Shown here: positions 37,401-52,400 of the stretch, piece after piece | Position numbering within the stretch: position 1 is the stretch's first letter | Layout: every line of letters starts with the position of its first letter | Assembly (NCBI GenBank): GCA_013265495.1 | Contig: MU058198.1 | Span: 2,058,419-2,122,418 of the forward strand | Direction of reading: 5' to 3' | Source: Vicugna vicugna | Lineage: Eukaryota | Length of the DNA: 64,000 bases | Program-made: the position numbers and the translations under genes | The notes under the pieces: generated by a model | Database searches by the model: none | The model's input: only the letters and a program-made list of their open reading frames with translations | Told to the model about the DNA's origin: nothing

Positions 37401-40400
37401 ACTAGAACAAATAGTCCTAAAATGTATATGGAACTAAAAAAGACCCCAAATTGCTAAAGCAATCTTGAGAAAAAAGAACAAAGCTGGAGTTATCACACTC
37501 CCTGTTCAGACTATACTGCAAAGCTACAGTAATCAAAACAAAATGGTACTGACACAAAAACAGACACATAGATCCTTGGAACAGAACAGAGACCCCAAAA
37601 TAAACCCACATACATATGGTTAATTTATCTAGGCAAGAACATAAAGTGGAGAAAAGGAAGCATTTTCAAAACTGGTACTGAGAAAACTGGAAAGCTGCAT
37701 ATAAAGCAATGAGATTAGAACATTTTCTCATACCATATATAAAAGTAAGTTCAAAATGGATTAAAGACCTAAATGTAAGACCTGAAACCATAAAACTCCT
37801 AGTAGATACTGTAGATAGGATACTCCTTGACATAAATCATAGCAATAATTTTTGGATCTGTCTCCTAAGGCAAAAGAAATAAAAGCAAAAGTAAACAAAT
37901 GTGACCTAATGAAACTTAAAACTTTTGCACAGCAAGGGAAACCAATGTCAAAATGAAAATACAACATACAGAATGGGAAAAAATATTTGTGAATGATGTG
38001 ACAAACAAGGGGTTCATTTTCAAAATATACAAACAGCTCATACAACTCAATATCAATAAAACAAACAACTCAATCAAAAAATAGGCAAAAAGCCTGAATA
38101 CACATTTTTTCCAAAGGTGTGCAGATGGCCAACACACATGAAAAGATGCTCAACATCACTAATTATCAGAGTAATACAATTCAAAACAACAGTGAAATAG
38201 CATCTCAGAATGGCCATCATCAAAAAGTCTACAAATAAGAAATGTGGCAAGGATGTGGAGAAAAGGGAACCACATTGTACACTGTTGGTGGGAATGTAAA
38301 TTAGTGTAGCCCCTACAGAAGACAGTATGGAGGCACCTCAGAAAACTAAAAATAGAACTACTGTTTGATTCAGGAATTCTACTTCTGGGTATAAATCTGG
38401 AAAAAATGAAAACACTAACTGGAAAAAAATACATGTCCTCTAGTGTTCATGGCAGCATTATTTACAATAGCCAAGATAAGGAAACCACCCAAGTGTCCAT
38501 CAATATATTTACAATAGAATATTACTCAGCCATAAAAAATTTAAAAAGGAAACTCTGCCATTGCAGCAATATAGATGGTCCTGGAGAATATTATGCTTAG
38601 TAAAATAAGTGAGGCAGAGAATGACAAATAATGTGTCATATCACATATGTGAAATCTAAAAAATAAAAACAAACAGATGTTCATAGCAAAATAGAAACAG
38701 ACTGACAGATATAGAAAACAAACTAGTGGGTACCAGCAGGGAGAGAGAATTAACATGGGATTACAGGATTAAGTAATACTATATATAAATTGGATAAGCC
38801 ACAGGATATATTTTATAATACAAGGAGTTATAGCCATTATTTTGTAATAAGTCAATGGAGTATAATCTATAAAAATACTGAATCACTATGCTATACACCT
38901 GAAACTAACACAATGTTGTGAATCAACTATACTCCAGTAAAAACACAAAAAAACAAAAACCAATTTGAGTTTATCCCAGGTGAAACAGCATCACCTAATG
39001 TTTTTAAAAATTATTATTTTTCAGTTCTCACTTATTTTATCAATGCACAAAACTCCAGATTTGTAAATAAAAAACACATTTCAAGTGGAAAAAATGGTAA
39101 AAGAAAAGCAAATTAAATCGTAAACTGCCTTTTAGTTTTATGGATGACTTAGTTTCAGTGAAACATTTTCCCTTGGGGGCCATACTGTATTATTCGCTAT
39201 AACACGTCTGTTGAGCTTCATTTGTTAACTTTACATTTCCATGTCTTCATCTTCCAATATTTAACTAAATCTGCATTCTTTTTGTAAATATGAATTGTAT
39301 TTAGCAAGCCTACCTGAAACTTTCATTAAATATATTTAATTTGGGGAAGATGTGAATCAGATTCATCTGAAAAAGTAGCCCTTACTTTTATGTCAAAACT
39401 ATTACAGGTTTTCAGAGTAACTGTGTTCAGTTGGCCATGATACAACAGTAAATTTAAGTTATGTGTGTTACAAGCTATGACTGACTTGAATTGCCTTGTT
39501 CTTTTTTGTGTCTGAGCCATTGATTAGTCTGTTTTATTTGATATTGTTTTATCATATAGGGTACATAAGAGAAGGGTTCCTGGCTGTACAGCATGCCTTA
39601 GATAAGGCCATCATGCTGTACCATGACAGCAATGCTAGACAGAAGCTGTTTGATGGTATTAGCATCTTTGTACAGAGATTTCCATACCCAGCTTATTCTC
39701 ATGACGGATTAATTTGGCTCTCTGGTAGTTTCCTCCCTCTGATGTTCATACTCATGTTCTCTCCAACTGTACTTTCCATCGTGCGATCCATTGTATGGGA
39801 AAAAGAAAACAGATTGAAGGTAATCCCAATTATTTTCTGATAAAGTTTTTATAAAGATTTTTTTTTGGCCTGTAGAACTCTGTTGTATGGAGAGTTGGAT
39901 TATTTCTGCATATTCAGCATTGGTGGTTAGTTGTTACATCTCATAACAGCAAATTACATCCCAGGAGCAAAAACTACAGAGCATGAAGAGTGAACATTGA
40001 TGCCACCTATCATTTATCCAAACTTGCATATTTTCATAAGCAAACTCTCTCTGAGGAGCAGCAAAAAGATAAAACCTGAGGGCAAGGAGGGGGGACAATC
40101 AAAGGTCACTAGAGGAATTTGATGTCTCTAGTACCTAAAGTAACAGTGAATTTTAAACACAACTTAACTCCTGGCTAAGTTAATATAAATCCTTACATTG
40201 TAAGCCCGTTTACCTTCATATTTACTCCTAGATAACAATTTCAACAAAAAATTGTAAGGGACACCAAAACTAACAAAAAACATGGTCTGCGGAGGCAAAT
40301 TAACTGTCAGAATCAGACTCAGATAAGACACAGATGATGGAAATATTAAAGAAGGAATTAAAAATTATTAAAAATTATTATGATTAATAATTTAAGGCTC

Positions 40401-43400
40401 TAAAGGGAAAGGTAGATGTGTCCAGGATCCTTAAGACCTTTTCTGAAATTTCTACAGTTTATGCACAGTATCCACACTTACCATTTAGAGAATGATTTAT
40501 ATCAGTATAGGGAACAGTTTACCCACCAAGTTTCCATATACCAGCCAAAGACCAATTTTGCAAACATCCTTCTTAAGAATAGTAGTCTCAAGGCTTCTGT
40601 GTTAACTCTTTTCTGCACTGTAAGATAACATGCAAGTTCAGATAGGTAATGCAGAGAGATCAAAGCTATAAGGATTCAAATGGAATTATTAGAAATAAAA
40701 CACATGCTAACAAAAATGGAGAATACCTTTGACAGGCTCATCAGTAGGCTTGACCATGATGAGGAAAGAAAGAAATGAATACAAGACAGTTGAAATTATA
40801 CAAACTGAGATGCAAAGAGAAGAGAAAATGTAAAATTCTAGAAGAGAGCATCCAAAAGGTATATGACATTATCAAATGGTATAACATGTATATAATTGAA
40901 TCCTATAAAGGAAATGAGAGACTAGAGCTAAAGAAATAATGATAGAATTTTCCAGAATTAATGATAGACATCAAACCACAGATCAAAGAAGCTCAGAGAC
41001 CACAAACCAGGATAGTACCCCCCACAACACACACACACACCTAGACATATTACATATTATATTCAAACTGGTGAAAACCAAAGACAAAGAAAATGTCTTA
41101 AAAGCAACCAGAGGTGGGAAAAAGACACACTGCCTACAAGGAACAAGCATAAGAAGTATAGCTGACTTCTGATTAATAGTTGAATTTTCTAAAAGGAACA
41201 TAGACACATTTTTCTAATACTCCTGGAAGTAGAATATAATGGAAAAGAGATCTTAATCTCAATATTTCAAAGTTTAATTTGAGATATTTTGCCTTTTGGT
41301 CAAATACTAGATGCAGTATTGAAAAAAGATCTCTGAACTCAGGAGAAAAATATTTTAATGCCAGTGCTGCCTTTACTAACTGCATCATTTTGATCAACAC
41401 ACTTGACTGTCTCAGCCTTGATTTTTCACTTTCATAAAATAGAGATGATATTACCCATTTATATAGGTTTTATCAAAATTAGAAAAATGTATATGAAAAC
41501 AATATGAATTGCTAATATATGTAATATTTGATTTGTGTTCAATTTCTTACAGGAGTACCAGCTCACAATTGGAATTAAAAACTGGATGCTCTGGGCTGCC
41601 TATTTTTGCACATTCTTTTTTTTTTATATCTTTATTATTGCTTCAATATGTGTGTTATTCTTCACCAAGGCAAGTGTTTAGTTTCATGTCCAACTGAAAT
41701 ATAATTAGTCACATATATAATATTACATTTCAGTAGGTACTAGAAAATTTAAGAAGTAAAAATAATAGGACGAATTATTTTACTAATAAATTTAATTTAA
41801 CCCAATATATTATTTCAATATGCAGCCAATTTAAAAACTGAGATATTTTACATTCTTTTCTGTACCAAGTACTTCAAACTCCAATATGTGTTTTATATGT
41901 ACAGCACATCTCAACTTATATTTTCATTAGAAAGACTTGATCTGTATTGACACTGCTTTAATTTTCTAATTTAAATTAAAAATAACTAAAATTAAATGAA
42001 AGTAAATTCAGCTCCTTGGTCATACTAGCTACATTTCAAGTTCATAAAAGCCACATGTGGTTAATGACTATGATGTATCAGGCATCTTAGTTCTAGCTGA
42101 TTGCACCTGCTGCAGCTATCCTGTGAGAAGAAAAAAGTAATCATAGTGTGAACTGATGGGTCTCCGGTTGCCAAAAGATGAAAAATGTCTTTTATTGTCT
42201 TCACTGTGGAAACTCAGAGGCTGCTGAATCTCTGAGAAAAATGTAAATCCTTCTGTGAGAAGTAAGTGATTTACTTAACTTTCCATCTCATTGAGTTTCA
42301 GTCACTGGGCAGCGATCGGTTTCATTAGGGCCATTATTTTCTATATCTTCCTTTGTGTTTATATGATTCTGCTTATTGTGTATTTTACATGACATAATAT
42401 TTTATTGTAGATTATCCGTGAGCCACTCCTCCGCTACAGTGACTATAGTTTCATCTTTATCTTTCTTACGTGTTATGCCATCGCTTCGATATTCTTTGCC
42501 TTTATGATTAGCACATTCTTCAGTAAAGGTGAGTCTAAGACTTCTCCTCTAACAGAATTACTGTTTAATGGACCAGAATAGGATCATATTGGGAGTTCCT
42601 TCCAGCCATCTTGTGTCTAGTCTTGGTTTGCATTTTAACTTAGAAGATGAATTATGCATGAAATGATTGGACAGGAGGTAGAGGGTGTGTTGAAACTTAA
42701 TGTGGCCCAATACATATATAAAAAGAGACTATAAAGTAAGATTGTTATCAGCTAGAACTTTAGAATAAATTAAACAATGCTTCCTGCAGAAGTTGACTTC
42801 AAATCACTTTTAAAAACAAATCAAGGGATGAAGATATTTGTTCATTCATTTATTCAGCATGTCCTTTGTGCACTTCCCATGTGACAAGACTCTATATCAC
42901 ATGCATAAAGACAAAGGAAAATTGATTCTCTATGAAATCCTGCATGAGAAAATAGGTGTAACCAGATAACCCCAGATTGGTCTATTAATGGTTTTGTAGA
43001 AATAATTCTCTACTAACAATTTTAATAACTTCCAAAAATTAAGGAATATTTCTTTTTATTTGGACCACAAGTATTAACCATTTTTTTCTCCTGTATTTTT
43101 CTTCTGTACTGAATCATCAAAATATCATCCCTATTAAATCATTTAGGGTATAAACATAGTTTTACAGTTAAGACTTTTAAACATCACAGGTAATTTAATT
43201 TTTAATATATTATCACAGTTATAATCAGCTGATTGGTTTTCACAATTCACAGTTGGTATTCACATTTGTGCAGAAAAGAATTAACATTGCAGACCTGTGA
43301 CTCCTATCTTTAGAAAGTCCTACTAGAAAGGTTGGCCTTTGGCTGGTATCTAAGAATTTGAACTTTTGGAAGATTTCCTACCATTCTCTAAATAATAAGA

Positions 43401-46400
43401 GTGGCTCACTCTACCAAAACTGCTTGTGCAAACAATATTTATGCTTTCCTCCTGGGAGTCTTGAATCTTGGTATATATTAGGCAGAAAATGCCCATATGA
43501 CCAGTCCCCAGTAAAATCCTTGGCCACCGAATCTCTGATGCGTGTCTGGTTGACAATACTTCACACGTGTTGTCACAATTCATTGCTAGAGGAATTAAGC
43601 ATAACCTGTGTGATTTCAGTGAGAGAGAGCTCCTGTTAGCTTGTGCCTGGTTTCCTCTGAATATTGCCCCATGCTCCTTTTCCCTTCACTGGCTGTATCC
43701 TTTCACTGGTATTACAACATCATTATTTATTCATCATAGCTTTGAGTATGAGTATATGTTAAATCCTGTGAGTTGTCCTAGCAAGTCGTTGAATCCAGAG
43801 GTGGTCTTGAGGACCTCAACAAAACAAGTAGTGCAACGAAACTGTGGATAAATAAAAATAATGTGTTGAGCTAAAAAAAAGAAGGTGATATGTTGAAAAT
43901 AAAGATAAGATTGTCAGATAAGTAGGAGTCAGTGTATTTATAAAAACTTAAAGAAAGGGGACTTCTATTTCTGGTGGTATGATAGACTAAATAATTGTAA
44001 TGACTCCCAACTAAAACAATTAAACTTACTTTAAATTTATGGCTTTAAATATTAATTGTTTAAATATATAGCCCTAAAAAGATGTAGTAACCTTATTCCG
44101 CCCAAATTCTACCCCTTACAAAATCTTGGATAAAACAATAAACAAGAATAGAAAGTCCCTGAAAGCTATAAGGAAGTAGGCAGGTTGCTTAAGACCTTGG
44201 AACTTGAGGAATTGACATGGCCTCCTTGAAATTTCTTACTGCCAATCGTATATCTTTGAAAAAGGACTTCAGAGGCCTCTAGTCTGTAACCAACAACCGG
44301 CACAAAGTTCCAAGAAAAGCCTGTTGTCCCAAGCCAAAAGACAAGGAAAAGGGTGCTCTAACAAAAGAAAATATTTTGGCAGTACTTAACCAACTCTAGC
44401 CCAACACTAAGTGAAAAACCACTGCACCTCAACCTGCATGGCTGAAGCAGAATCAAAAAAGAAGTTTATCTTTCATCCCAAACCCCCATTCTCTAGAGTC
44501 AGGCAGTATTGCAGTTCCCTTGCCAGGTTACTGCCATGAAGATCCAGTAGTGATCTGAGTTTCCATCCACACGTAGCATCAGTAATTTTTAACAGGTAGT
44601 ACAAGTCAGTTCCAGTAAGCACCCCTGGTGTCAGTAAGGCTAAATGGGGAGCTAGACTTCCACATCTACCCAATAGCAACGGGACTGAACAAGGTGTGGT
44701 GCAAAAGTAGTTAGCACTCCTTCCCCACCTCCCACCCTATAGCATCAAATGATGCCCAGTGGAGAGCTGAGCTTCCATCCTCAATCAGAGGTAAAGAGGT
44801 GCTGTCAGTCAGTGCTCCACTTTGATTAAGGTGTCAGCAGGGCCAAAGAGAGATCTGAACTTCCACTTCATCTATCCACAATGAGGCAGTGTATGTCAGT
44901 ACCCTCCTTTTCCCAAAGAAGTGTCAGCAGGGAAGAGGAACCTATACACCCATGTGACCTCTGTGCTACACCTCCACAGAGGGATTGCCTGCTTTAAAAA
45001 AAAAAAAAGATTAAGATTCAGAGTCTCATTATACCTAAAATGTTTAGGATATTATAGAAAGTCGCTCACACAAAGAACCAAGAAAATCACAAAGTGAGTA
45101 AGAAATGACATTCATGTCAACAGACAGCACTGAGGTGAAGCAGATATTGTAATTAACTGAAGAGGAATATAGGCAGCTATCATAAAAATGCTTCATGAAG
45201 CAGTTATGAATTTTCTCAAAACAAGTGGAAAACAGAAATCTCAGCAAAGAAATAGAAGTTACTAAAAAAAGAAATTACTGAAAAACACAAGAAGTTTAAA
45301 AACTTAAGTAAAATAAAAAGAAGCTAGAATAATTGAAATTTAAGACAGATCAATAGAATTTACACATTCTGAATAAAGAGAGAAAATATACTGAAAAAAT
45401 GTATAGCTCTCAAGGACTTGTAGGATAACAACAACATATTTAATGCTAATATCAATGACTCTCAAAAGGAGATTAGGGAAAATGTGGGACTGAATAGGTT
45501 TTCAAAAGAAAACCATATTCAAAGAAGTAATGGCTGAAAATTTATTGTCTGGTGAAAGACAAATATACAATCTAAAGAAGCGGAGTGAACCCCAAATTAG
45601 ATAAACTCAAAGAAACTGATGCCAAGACCCATCATAATTAAACTTCTGAAAGCTAAAGACAATGAAAAAAACTAGAAAGCAGAAAAAGAGAAACAATGCA
45701 TTACTTACAGGGGAACGCCAATTTGAATAAATGCAAATTTCTCATCTAAACCAGAAGGAAGCAGCATATTTTTCAAGTCCTGAAGAAGAGGAATGCTGAA
45801 AATGAATTCTGTATCCAGCAAAACTATATTCCAGCCATGAATAGGAAATCCTCAGAAGAAGGAAACTGAAGAGAATTTGTTGCCTGCAAGCCTACACTTA
45901 AAGAATGGCTAAAGGAAATTTTCTAAAGAGATAGCTAATGATAACAGAAGTTTTTGAACTGCACAAGGGAAAGAACATGGGGATGGGCAAAAAACAGACT
46001 AAGTATAATAGACTATTCTACTTCTCATGAAATTGTTAGGTCAAATTTGATGGATGAAGCAAAATTATAATACAATCCATCCAATGTGGTGTTTAACTTA
46101 GGTAAAGAAAATACTTAAAACAATTATAATTATAAAGTGAGTAAGGTAGAGTAACCTAAGCGGAAGTTTTCTGAACGTTGAACGATAAGATGCAGAATTT
46201 AGAGTGCTGCAAAGGAATACTGAACCACCAGGAGCCGGAGGAGACAAGGAGTGCCCTCTCCCCTAGAGTCTCCAGTGTGAGTGTAGTCCTGCTGGCACCA
46301 TGCTCTGGTGTGTATTTGCATTTCTAGCCCAGATGTCTTTATTATTAGGTCTCTTTATCCAGGACATTTGGCTGGGGTCTCTTCAGGTGCCTCTGAAACC

Positions 46401-49400
46401 TTGAAGACACTTCTCTCCACTCTGACTCAGCACTCAGAACTTTTTCACTCCTATATCAATTTAAAAACTTCTTTTCCTCAACAAAGGAAATAACCAACAA
46501 AATGTAGATGCAGCCTATGGAATGAAAGGAGATATTTGCAAACCCTATATCTGATAAAGGGTTAATATCCAAAATATGTAAGGAACTTCTACAACTCAAT
46601 AGCAGTAAGACAAATAACAGTTGAAAATGGGCCAAAGAACTGAATAAACATTTCTCTAAAAAAGACATATGAATAGCCAATGGGTGTGTGAAAAGGTGCT
46701 TAAAATTACTAATTACCTGAGAAAGGCAAGTCAAAACCACAATGATACCACCTCAACCTGTCCAAATGACCATTATCAAAAAAATCCCAAAAGATTGTAA
46801 GTGTAATTTTACAAGTGTACAAGAATGGAGAGAAATTTGAACTCTTATACTATTGGTGGGAATGTAAAATTATTCAGCCTCCATGGAAAACAGTATGAAG
46901 ATTCCTCAAAAAATTAAAAATATAACTACCATATGATCCAGCAATTCCTCTTCTGAGTATTTGTCCAAAGGAATTAAATCAGGATCTCTTAGATATACTT
47001 GCACTTCCATGTTCAGTGCAGCATCATTCTCAGTATTCAAGATACGGAAACAACCTAAATGTTCGTCGGTGGATGGATAGATAGGATGGATGGATAGGAA
47101 GGATGGATAAATAAAATGTGGTATATACATACAATGGAATATTATTCAGCCTAAAAAAAAGAAGGGAATTCTGCCATTTATGACAACATAGATGGACCTG
47201 AAGGACATTATGCTAAGTAACGTAAGTCGGACACAGAAAGACAAATAGTGTATGATCTCTCTTATGTGTGGAAATCAAAATAGTCAGATATATAGGAGCA
47301 GAGAATACAGTGGTGGTTGCTAGGGGAGGGGTGGCTGTGGATGGGGAGGTGATGGTCAAAGGGTACAAAATTCAGTTATGCAAGATAAGTTCTGCAGACC
47401 TACTATCAGCATAGTTCCTATAGCTAACAGTAGCGTATTGGGTAGTGAAAATTTGTGGAGAGGATATACCTTTTGTTAAAGAAAATATAATAATAAAGGA
47501 GGTGGGTAGAAACTTCAAGAGGTGGTGAATATATCTGTGGCCTTGATGGTGGTGATGGTTTCATGGATGTGTACTTGTCCCCAAACTCAGTGATTGTATT
47601 CTTTAAATTTGTACCAATTTTTACATGTTAACCACACTGCAGAAAAATGCTTTTTAAAAAATTAAGGAACCTTTTATAATATTCTCTTATAATTCTTTTT
47701 ATTTTCATGGAATCAATGTTTATGTCCCCACTTTCATTTCTGATTTTAATAATTTGAGTTTTCTCTTCATTTATCTTAGTCAATTCAGCTATAGATTTTT
47801 AAATCCTTTTGATGAACCAACTTTTGCTTTTGTTTATTTTCTCTTTATTTATGCTGTAATCTTTATTTCCTTCCTTTTACTAGCTTTTGGTTTTGTTCTT
47901 CTTTTTCTAGTTTCTTAAGTTGTAAAGTTAAGTGGTTGATTGGAGATCCTTCCTCTTTTTCAAAGTAAGCAATTATAGCTATAAATTTCCCCCTTAGTAC
48001 TGCTATCAATTAAGTTTTGTTATGTTGTGTTTTCATTTTCATTCATTTCTATATACCTTCTAATTTCTCTTGTGATTTCTTTTTTGATCCATTGGTTGCT
48101 CAGGAGTGCCTTGTTTAATTTCCACAAACTTGTGAATTTTCTTTCTGTTATTGAATTCTAAGCATATCCTGTCATAGTTGGAGAAGGTAGTTTATATGAT
48201 ATTTACCTTAATGGAAAAGTTTTGTGATTTGATTTGTGGCCTAACATATGGTCATATGGTCTATTCTGAAGACTGTCCTATGTGCACTTGGCCAAAAGAA
48301 GTTGTTGGCAGGAGCCTATAACAAAGAATCCATTTCTTGCCTTTTCCAGCTTTTAGAGACTACCCGTGTTTCTTACCTCATGACCCACTTCCAGCAACTG
48401 CATCACTCCAACCTCTACTGTGATCATCACATCTCCTTTTCTGACTTGGACTCGCTCGCCTTCTTTTTTATTGAGGATTAGTTGATACAATAATACTAGC
48501 TTTAATAATTGCCCATGAATTTACTTTTACTGGAGATCTTTACTTGTTCATATAGTCTCCACTTACTATCTAGTGTCCCTTTATTTCAACCTGAAAACTC
48601 CCTTAGTTCTCCTCCAGGGCAGGTCTTCTTGTTTACTTGTTATTCGTTTCTCCCTTTGAAGAACAGTTTGCTGCATTAAGAATTCTTATTTTTCACTTTT
48701 TTTTTCAGCATTTTGAATATATCAACCCATTGCCTCCTGGCCTTCAAGGTTTCTGATTAGAAATTTGCTGATAATCTTACGAGTATCTAGTTCTGTGAAA
48801 AGGTCATGGGAGTTTTCTTAGGGATTGAATTATATCTGAAGATTGTTTTGGGTAGTATGGGTATTTTAAGAATATTAATCCTTCCAATCCAAGAGCATGG
48901 GATAGCTTTCCATTTCTTTGTATCGTCTTCAATTTCTTTTATCAATGTTTTAGAGTTTTCAGAGTATGAATCTTTCACCTCCTTGGTTAATTTTATTCCT
49001 AGGTAGTCTATTCTTTTTGATACAACTTTAACTGGGGTTTTTCTTACTTTCTGATATTTCATTATTAGTGTATAGAAACACAACAGATTTCTGTATATTA
49101 ATCTTGTTTCTGCAACCTTGCTGAATTCATTTATTAGCTCTAATAGTTTTGGGAGGAGACTTTAGGGTTTTCTATATAGAGAATCATATCATTTTTTTTC
49201 CTTCTTTCTGCTGTTCTGATCAGGTTATTTCCACTCTTCGATCTTCCAGATCACTTATGAATTCTTCTATATCACTTAGTCTGCTATTCATTCCTTCTAA
49301 TGTGTTTTTTATTTCAGATATTCAGTTATCTATTGTTTTAACATTTTTTGTTGAGTTATGATCGTTTTACAATGTTGTGTCAAATTCCAGTGAAGAGCAC

Positions 49401-52400
49401 AATTTTTCAATTATACATGAACATATATATATTCATTGTCACATTTTTTTTCTGTGAGCTACTATAAGATCTTGTATATTTTTCCTGTGCTATACAGTAT
49501 AATCTTGTTTATCTATTCTACATTTTGAAATCCCAATCTGTCAATTATCTATTTTTTGGGGTCTTTTTTGTATTTTCTATTTCCTTTTTTAAATGATCAC
49601 TTGTTTAGGTCATTTCTTTTTTCTAAGTCAATTAACATTTTTATTACCAATGTTTTCAATTCTTGGGTAAATTATCTATTCCTGTTTCATTATTTATCTT
49701 TTCTGGGGTTTTCTCTTGCTTTTTCAATTGGGAGTAGTTTCTCTGCCTTTTCATTTTACTTAACTTTTTCTGCCTCTGTGAATTTAGGTGAAACAGTTAC
49801 CTATTATGGTCTTGAAAGGGTATTTTTAATGTGGGAGCTTCCCTATGAAGATGACATGTGCCCAGTGCCTTTGGTGAGAGGGCTGGATTTGATGTCTACA
49901 ACAATCATGTCATTCTTCAGAGTGTGCCAGCAGCCATCACTTTGTTAGGGCATAGGGCTGGAGATGAAGGTGCTAGTCTGTGCAGGATGTTAAGCAGGAC
50001 TTCCTCTTTGTGCAGTGGCCATGAGCATCCTGTCACAGGACATGTGTGATCCCAAGTTGCTGGAGAAGAAGTCCTAAGGGTCAGGCTTGAGCTGGCTCTG
50101 TTCCCTTTAATTATGTCTTTCTACTTCTCTCCACACCAGGATCTTTGCCTCAAAGGAGAGGTTTGCTGAAGCAAGTGGGTCTCATGTCCCTAAAAGAGGT
50201 CCAGTGCTTTGCCTTTGTAGGCATCTGCAGCTCTGCTCAGATACAGCCCACAGCCACATATTTTCCCTAATCATGGCTGTCTCAGATCTAGTAGTAGTGT
50301 CTACCTAGTGTGGCATGCTGTAAGTGGAGCCAGATGGTGTACATGGCCTGGGCTGGGACACACAGCAAGGTAGTTACGGAAAACCTGGCAGCTAATAGGT
50401 TAGACTTTTCTCCACTCTGCCTTGGGCAAGCTAGCACCTACACACTTCTCTTGAGTGGAGTCCAGGCTTCCCCAGCCTTTAAATCTGTCTCAGTGGTTCT
50501 CCAATGAGTCAAGGGGCTTTCCTCCTCCACATAGGACCTCAGGGCTGGGATGCCCAGTCTGTGGCTCAACCTGCTCAGCTCCCAGGGCAGGTGTCCATGC
50601 AATCTTCCTTTTCCTCTGAGTCCCCTCTTACACAGGTTCTGACTTGATTGTTTTTCTTCTCATCCTATCCAATTATGTGTGTTATCTTTCTTACTGCTTT
50701 GATTTTACAGTAGTCCTGCCAGTTTGCAGTTTTTAGTGAGAATTATTCCACATGTAGATGTATTTTTGATGTGTTCTTGGAGAGAGGTGAGCTCCACATC
50801 CTCTTACTCCACCATCTTGATCTCCTATCTTAATAATAACCTTGAAAAAAAATTTTTTCTAACTTACAGGATCCCATATTTATGGACCTAACCACATTCA
50901 ACTCCCAATAATTAACTGTTTATTCAATTACTCTTTCTTTGGGATATCATGATTTAGATTGGAAGCATGCATTAAAAACTTCATCCGGGCTTTAGTCTAC
51001 GCATAACCTCAAACTCTCTAGAAATATCAATATATTCAATTTAGGTTAATACTGATGATCTATAATCATACATTTATAATTTCTCAAGCCAAGTGATCAT
51101 GAGTAAATAGATTTTAAAAAGGAGAAAATATTTTTCTGTAACATACATAGGGGTCATTTTTTGTTTACATGACCATAAACAATTATCATATGTGGTAAAT
51201 ATCCTATACATTAGCTCACCCTATACATTAATTCATTCAACACACACTAATGTCTGCTGTGGTCTAGACATTAATGATATGAGGGTGAAAAAGAAAGATA
51301 AATTCTCTTCCCTCATAGAGCTTGCATTCTTTTCCTTTAGTGTATTTTATTTACACACTACATAAAGTTTTTATAATTCATTATTTCATATATTGCTTTA
51401 AACTGACCTTATAATTTCCTTCTTATTTGCAGCCCGTATGGCTGCTTCTGCTGGAAGCTTCCTATATTTTGCCAGTTTCTTTCCATTTAACTCCGTTGCT
51501 CAAAACTATGGACACATAACTCTCACCAGGAAGGTGGCTGCCTGTCTCAGCTCAAATGTTGCATTGGCCTTGGGGATTAAACTTCTGGTCAAGTTGGAAA
51601 TAAAAAGTAAGAGTTTGCCTTGCAAATATGCCTTTGATATTTGATTCCTAGAAATGTAGAAAGGTAATGGGGGTGGGACAGTGGGTGAGGAGGTAAGAAA
51701 ATGTTATAAAAATTATTTATCCTCAGATTTTTTATTATAAAGGCATTTATGTGAACTGTAAAAAATTAGAAATGTGAAAAATGAAAAGTTCCCCATCTCT
51801 CTTCAATAAACACCCCAGATACACTGTCAAAGAGCAAAGAATTTTAAACCTTCTATACTACAACTTGTTTTATTCACCTAATGGTATCTATTAGGCCTCT
51901 TCCCATATAAAGTTATGCTACTTTCTTCTACGAGGTTGTTTAATATTCCATTGCAAAGGGGAACTATAATTAATTAACTAGTTCTCTATGATTATGATTG
52001 CACATTTAAGAGTTTTCCTGTTTTTACTGTTACCCACAATAGTATGCATATGGTATGCATACTAATATAAATTCCTAGATATAAAAATGGTATCCAGTAA
52101 GATATTCATAGCTTGATTTTGATTGCTATTATGGTAACCTTCAAAAAATAGAGATCAGTTTATTCTCCCACGAACAACACATGAGTTTTTCTACATCATT
52201 TCCAATAATATACTATTCTCAGGTAAAAGGCAAATTTAGCTTCTTTACTTCCTGTAACTACTTTTCCTCCAAACTCTACACTACTGGGCTAAAGAAAATA
52301 AATGTAATGTAAGTCTAATCCAGTGATTTATTCAGGTTCTTCTGAATGAGTCAATCTTTGAGACATCTTTCCTTCTTGGACTCTTCAAGATGATATGGAG

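Noticed and set aside
44540..44950. CRISPR-like or novel repeat-spacer array
   Set aside because: Units are degenerate, irregular and directly upstream of L1 ORF1-like sequence, consistent with L1 5' UTR monomers in mammalian DNA
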